A stretch of 64,000 nt of DNA from Setoptus koraiensis (lineage: Eukaryota; Animalia; Arthropoda): NCBI GenBank assembly GCA_048013815.1, contig CM106586.1:11532001-11596000 (forward strand), in the 5' to 3' direction. Positions 58,780 to 64,000 of the stretch are shown here, piece after piece. Under the pieces are notes generated by a model that searched no databases, had not been told where the DNA came from, and saw only the letters and a program-made list of their open reading frames with translations. The position numbers and the translations under genes were made by a program. Each line of letters starts with the position of its first letter. Within the stretch, counting starts at the first letter, position 1.

Positions 58780-60542
58780 ATGGTTGGCGAAAATAGTGTA
58801 GGCCATTCCAAATCGAAGAACAAAAACAGCAAGCTGCAATCGGCCGGCTCTGCCGGATCATCCGATGATTCCTTGGATCGAACTAGCACCCTGAGGAATA
58901 TGCAGGAGTTCTTCCGGCGCGAACTTTTATCTATACCTCTCGTCAACAGAATACCTCACCCGGCGATCACTCAGAAGAGGTAAGTATTATCATGATTCGT
59001 GTTATGGAAGCTTTATCATCATTACAATAATAGAGTTTTAATTGCTCATGATTATTTCTATTCTTTATATTCAGTAAACTGCCAACTGCAACGCTTGAAT
59101 TTGACACAAGTGCCTATCCAAATATTGAGTACATTGCTGGCAATCGTATGAATGTTTATCCTGCCAATCGAAAAGAGATCGTAGCTTGTATTTGTGGCAA
59201 AGTCGTCGACGACATTGTGAAGGACAAGATACAACCAAACAGTATTTGGGCAAAATCGTTTATGCGTGGTGAATGCAATATACGTTTCGCCTTGTCACAT
59301 TATTTCGATATAACATCGGCACCATCTAGAGATTTGTTAAAATTAATCATGGATTCGTGCAGCTCAAAGGAGCACAAGCAGCGTTTGCGCCAATTGATTG
59401 ATGATCCCAAACAGTACACTCAATGGCTATCTAGTTCTCTTAAAACACTCAAAACAACGTTAGACGAATTCTCATCGGCAATAATATCGGCTCGCTTATT
59501 ATTTAACGAACTACCACCGATGCAGCCCAGACAATACTCCATATCAGCCATAAAGTCATCTAAACGCTTCAAAACCGAAATCGTGGTGATACAACATAAA
59601 TTTTCGCTAATCAATATAAACTCTCCCTCGGCCATTGAGCTTGCTGCTAAGGCTGCAGGTGCTGTTAGCACATTTATGCCAGTTACAAGTACAACAAGTG
59701 GAAAAAGTGAAACAATTATAGAGAAACATCCCACTGATAAGATCGAAAATTCAAAATTGCCCACTAGAAATCCATCAGTGACGCAAGTATCTGGTCATGG
59801 ATCTACCTTGTTCGGATCATTCGACTGCCAATATGATGGGCTGTGTTCTACTTATTTATTAAATTTGCCCCTAAATGAACAAGTTATTTGTGAGTTTGTC
59901 GAAAATCCCCGTTTTACTCTCAAGGGAAACAGAGAGAGGCCAACAATCATGTTGGGACAAGACACCGGCCTGCTGGCCTTCAGAACATTTTGGCAGCAGA
60001 GGAATTTAGAATTCGACAGAGCACAAGTATTTTACTCAATGTTTAAGGATTTGCCACCAAAACGTTTTGGTGATATGATGTTAATTGTAGTGACCGGCGG
60101 CAAAACAAGATTAGAGGAAATGTACAAACGCGAGATAGCTAAAATGGTGTCAAACAAAGTAATTAATCAGTCTTTATATGTCAGCAAGCAATCGTTGCTG
60201 CTGTACTCCCTTTCTGCTGTGGCTGGCCATGGAAATCAACATGTAGAGGCTAATTTACAAAAAGAATTAGACCAATTGGGTTTACATTTGGCTAAAATGT
60301 TAATAGAAAAGAATGGCACTTTATACACTTGTTGTGACGAAGCAATAACTGAAGCTGTTGAGAAACTGACCATAGATTCAATAGTTAAGCATCACAGCGG
60401 TTATAATAAGGAGCGGGCACGAACTCTGGTGCAAAAAATGAAAGGAAAAGCATTAAAGGATGTGACAAATACAAAGTTCTTATTTCAATTGCAAAATTCC
60501 TACGAGAAAGCACAATACATACAAGAGATTTATGAGATTTAG
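58780..60542 (+). CDS. Stand-alone FAD/NADPH-binding (FNR-like) module related to the NOS reductase domain; exons 58780-58979 and 59075-60542
   Basis: EYIAGNRMNVYPAN, LPPMQPRQYSIS, GLCSTYL, FRTFWQQR (NOS-type FRSFWQQR), LYTCCD, YIQEIY. No heme, calmodulin-binding or FMN domain seen. Confidence 0.8.
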
Positions 60543-61054
60543 TCATTTCGCTGGTTGTTGTGAATCGATGGCAAACATCAATCAGATAAATAATAATAAA
60601 ATCAGCGAGAATATGAATCAAGATTTAGATACTGACAAAATAATAATTGATGTTTTTTCATTAGAGAGGGTCTTTGTGCTTCCATAATAGTGGCTTTTGC
60701 CGTTGGCTCCAACCCACGAAAATGATTTGAACCGTTTCTGTTTGAAACAATTGATCTGTTCACCATCATTTGGTAGCAGAAAGTCGACTCGCAATGAGGC
60801 GAGAAAAAAAAATGTTTAAAGGTGAACAGCACATACATATCACATACATTGACATAGATCACGCGCCTCGATCGCAAGAGCTCCTGTTATCGCCTATAGT
60901 TGTTGTGATCACTCACTACAATTGACGATGCTCAAATTGCTCTCGGATTCTTTTGTGACAGAAAACAAAAAACTATGCATTGAATATCCAAAATACACTA
61001 CTACTGCTGATCAACAAACAAATTATTATTTATCCATTTATGCCTTCTTGGTAG

Positions 61055-62866
61055 ATGGCATCATCGGAGGGTGACCCAAGAAAGTCAGTCAGCCTAAAAA
61101 CCGTATTAGCAATCAAAGAGGCAGCAGTTAAAAAAGCAGCAGCTAAAAGTAGATCGTTAGCTGATCCAGGTCCTCTAGACCCCGGTGCTATACCAAGTGA
61201 GATACCTGAACGTGTTGAGGTACCACCTCCACCCACAAGTTCCCAACTTATTATGCCAGCTAGCACGGGCGGATCGCAAACTAAAGCATCAAGCATCTCG
61301 CCCGAAGATTCAACGGGTCCGGGTGTTGGATCACCGGCTAGCGGCACTCTGGCCAGCGCCGGCGCCGGGCCCGCTGAAGGAAGTGAATTTGCCCCCAATC
61401 CAACCTCGGCAGGCGGTGCGTCCAGTGCAGCTCCATCTAGCGCCACTGCATCAGGCGCCCCCGCATCTGGCGGTGGTCCGTCAAGCGCCGCTCCCATGAG
61501 TGGTGCCGGTGCATCGGGTGCCGTTAGCTCGAAAGCGGGTGCCTCAAGCGCGGCTCCCATGAGCGGTGGCGGATCGAAAGCCGGTGCTTCAAGTGCCGCC
61601 CCAATGAGCGGTGGCGGATCGAAAGCCGGTGCTTCAAGTGCCGCCCCAATGAGCGGTGGCGGATCGAAAGCCGGTGCTTCAAGTGCCGCCCCAATGAGCG
61701 GTGGCGGATCGAAAGCCGGTGCGTCAAGTGCTGCCCCAATGAGCGGCGCGGGATCGAAAGCCGGTGCTTCAAGTGCTGCCCCAATGAGCGGTGGCGGATC
61801 GAAAGCCGGTGCGTCAAGTGCCGCCCCAATGAGCGGTGCCGGATCAAAATTCGGTGGCTCAAGCGCCGCTCCTATGAGCGGTGGCGGATCTAAAGCAGGT
61901 GCCTCAAGTGCCGCCCCGATGAGCGCTGCCGGATCTAAAGCAGGTGCCTCGAGCGCCGCTGGGTCGAGCCCGGGTGGCTCCGAGCCGGAGGACGAGCCAT
62001 ATAAATCAAAGTCTAAAATGAGAGCCTCGGATATGAACGCAAACAGCAACATAGGTAGCGTAAAGGAAGACGGCGCGAGTAAAGGGGCCAGCTCGAAAGC
62101 GGCCAGCTCTGCGGCACCGACATCCGAGGGCGGCAGCGTGCCCAAATCAGCATCCAGCCCGAAGGACACCGCATCAGAGGATGGTGGTGCGCCAGCGTCC
62201 AGCCCGATGGAGGCCAGCTCTGGTGCGGCGTCGCCGGCCAGCTCCAAACCGGCCAGCTCTAAGCCGGCGTCGGAAGAGACTGACGAAGAACCGGCGAGCC
62301 CCGACGAGCCTGCATCGCCCGAATCTAGTGGCAAGGGGTCGAGCGGCTTGGGATCGAGCGCCAAAGGATCGAGCAGCAAGGCATCTAGCTCGGCGCAGAA
62401 GAAAAAAGATGGCAAAAAGAAGAGAATTACCCGCTACAGATATCACAAGCGTATCACAGTGCGAACATCGGGCAAGGGCAGCGGAAAATCGGCGGCCATA
62501 TTGAAGAAGGTGAACAATCAGGAGGGCCCGGTGACGCCGTCAACAATTGATCAATTAGATCCTGATGTCATAATGGAGAGAGCGGGCATTAAGGGCAAAA
62601 AGAACGCCAGGTGGCGTGTTAGAATGCGCCAAACAAAAAGAACAACCAAAAATGGCAAAACTGTCACACAAACCAAGGTGGCCTATCGTGATAGCGATGG
62701 CAAAAAACAGGTCAAGCTCACCAACGATCCTACCTGCAAGAAATGCAACAAAAAAATTGAACACTGTAAATGTGACACATTGTCGGGCATAGCGTCGGCC
62801 ACAAGCAATATCAAGTCGTCTAGCTCTAAGGGCCCCAAATCGGGCACGTCAGAGGAAAAGGAATGA
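61055..62866 (+). CDS. 603-aa Ser/Ala/Gly-rich repeat protein with basic C-terminal domain ending in CxxC..HCxC
   Basis: Continuous ATG-to-TGA ORF; in-frame 45-bp repeats; non-repetitive, Lys/Arg-rich structured-looking tail. No signal peptide. Confidence 0.75.
   Translation: MASSEGDPRKSVSLKTVLAIKEAAVKKAAAKSRSLADPGPLDPGAIPSEIPERVEVPPPPTSSQLIMPASTGGSQTKASSISPEDSTGPGVGSPASGTLASAGAGPAEGSEFAPNPTSAGGASSAAPSSATASGAPASGGGPSSAAPMSGAGASGAVSSKAGASSAAPMSGGGSKAGASSAAPMSGGGSKAGASSAAPMSGGGSKAGASSAAPMSGGGSKAGASSAAPMSGAGSKAGASSAAPMSGGGSKAGASSAAPMSGAGSKFGGSSAAPMSGGGSKAGASSAAPMSAAGSKAGASSAAGSSPGGSEPEDEPYKSKSKMRASDMNANSNIGSVKEDGASKGASSKAASSAAPTSEGGSVPKSASSPKDTASEDGGAPASSPMEASSGAASPASSKPASSKPASEETDEEPASPDEPASPESSGKGSSGLGSSAKGSSSKASSSAQKKKDGKKKRITRYRYHKRITVRTSGKGSGKSAAILKKVNNQEGPVTPSTIDQLDPDVIMERAGIKGKKNARWRVRMRQTKRTTKNGKTVTQTKVAYRDSDGKKQVKLTNDPTCKKCNKKIEHCKCDTLSGIASATSNIKSSSSKGPKSGTSEEKE
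61529..61960 (+). repeat. 45-bp coding tandem repeat, about 9.6 copies (SKAGASSAAPMSGGG)
   Basis: Units start every 45 bp from 61529 to 61934. Confidence 0.93.
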
Positions 62867-64000
62867 GCGTGATCACATCAATCATGTTGCGCATTATTTT
62901 GTGAATTACAATGAGTTTAAATATAAGTTATATATAAGTCAATGTTGGGGTGAAATTGAACAAGTGCGTGTGTCATGTTGGCTGGCTATCTGGTAATTTA
63001 AGGGCGACAATGCTACATATTATTATTTAGTTACTTTAGTTGTTAGCTCGACGAACAAACTATGTAAAACAAAAATTACAGTTATTCTCAAGTTTGTTGA
63101 CAAACACTTAAACAATTAAATAAACAAAATCAAATATTATGTAACATCGTCAGCTTGTGTGAGCCTGTGTGTGTGTGATTTGATGCTCCATGATGTTATT
63201 GTTCTTTCTTCTCTATCCATGCCCCAATCCTATCTTTTTCATCCATCCAAAATCTATCTGATTACCAATAAACTCTGGTTCGACTAACTTCACGTTGCAA
63301 TCTCAATGCTGGGTCGTTCAGTAAATAGTCTCTCATTCCAGAAGCGCGATACGGGACGCCTACTGCATGGTACGGCAAGTTAGTGATAATTTTTTGGGTC
63401 AAGTTTCGATGAATTTCGATGAGTTTTGTTTGTTTGAATGGGAAAAAATTTTAAGTGTGATAAATTTGTGTTAATGTGCGTCGAAGCAAATAATTAGACT
63501 GGGTTAGGTATTGAGGATAGTTAGGGTTTAGTTGTGATAGTGTCACTTGAGAGAAAGGCTAGCGATTTGCGCGGATCGTTTGTCGCGCCTAATTGATCTG
63601 AATTGTGATGAAATTGACTGATAATTTGTGCTATTTGTCTATCTATTTATGGACTGTCTCACGATCGGTATCACTATTTCATTAGTATGTAGTCAGAATG
63701 GTCAGCTATTCAAATTCAAGTATCATCTCAGGATATCAGCTGGTGTTTGTATGAATATAATTATATGTGTGTGTGTGTGTTTCTATAGGTGTTTAAGTCT
63801 TTAGGTTTTGATTATTAATTATGCTATTGTCTTAAAAATGTTTGAGTGCGGTGAGTTCAGGTGAGTTCAGTTGATTCAATTGAGTTGTATTGGTGTTGTC
63901 GATGTCGAGCCGATGTAGCCGCCGCAGCTAATGAAGATGCAGCAACAAAGCGGGGGGCGCGATTGAGCTCATCATAATAAGCCGATGATAACTAATAGTA

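Noticed and set aside
61030-62415. 461-aa minus ORF with AALEAPAFDPPPLIG repeats
   Set aside because: It is the antisense shadow of the 45-bp repeat. Repeat variation is largely synonymous in the plus frame, which also continues into a non-repetitive domain.
63270-63295. GGTTCGA T-loop-like motifs (also near 21650 and 50415)
   Set aside because: No T-stem or cloverleaf can be formed, so these are not tRNAs.
1-64000. CRISPR arrays, operons, rRNA or bacterial horizontally transferred genes
   Set aside because: All tandem repeats are coding or microsatellite without unique spacers, and all recognised genes belong to animal families, several with spliceosomal introns.

Overview
Eukaryotic, gene-dense nuclear DNA with short GT-AG introns (about 65-250 nt in most genes) and microsatellites. 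It is arthropod-like and plausibly a compact-genome acariform mite (inference only). I found no prokaryotic features, rRNA, convincing tRNA or CRISPR. Left to right: a secreted MAM-domain gene running off the left edge; intronless TTI1 head-to-head with 3-exon MsrA; 7-exon PLOD; and an unknown ORF. Next is a rearranged serine-protease locus: a ~2.4-kb direct duplication whose two intronless S1A proteases differ mainly in surface loops, bracketing ~2.36 kb of stitched gene fragments (third protease variant, internally deleted ABCG, inverted ABCC piece, Helentron/MITE-like element). It is followed by a 7-exon protease with 16-nt and 6-nt micro-exons. Then come a LITAF gene with an in-frame TAG, a small membrane protein, LPCAT-like and TSSK-like genes, and a TA-flanked MITE. 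A ~3,150-aa secreted Pro/Ala- and Ser/Gln-rich glue/silk-like gene (30752-42312) can be rebuilt from a signal-peptide exon, symmetric mini-exons and a 6.6-kb exon. The right part holds a mariner relic, small TM ORFs, a degenerate enolase-phosphatase-like gene, a 4-TM protein, a tail-less CK1-gamma-like kinase, an intronless ABCG, a stand-alone NOS-derived FAD/NADPH module and a 15-aa-repeat protein with a basic Cys-bearing tail. All exon structures were derived by hand and need RNA support.
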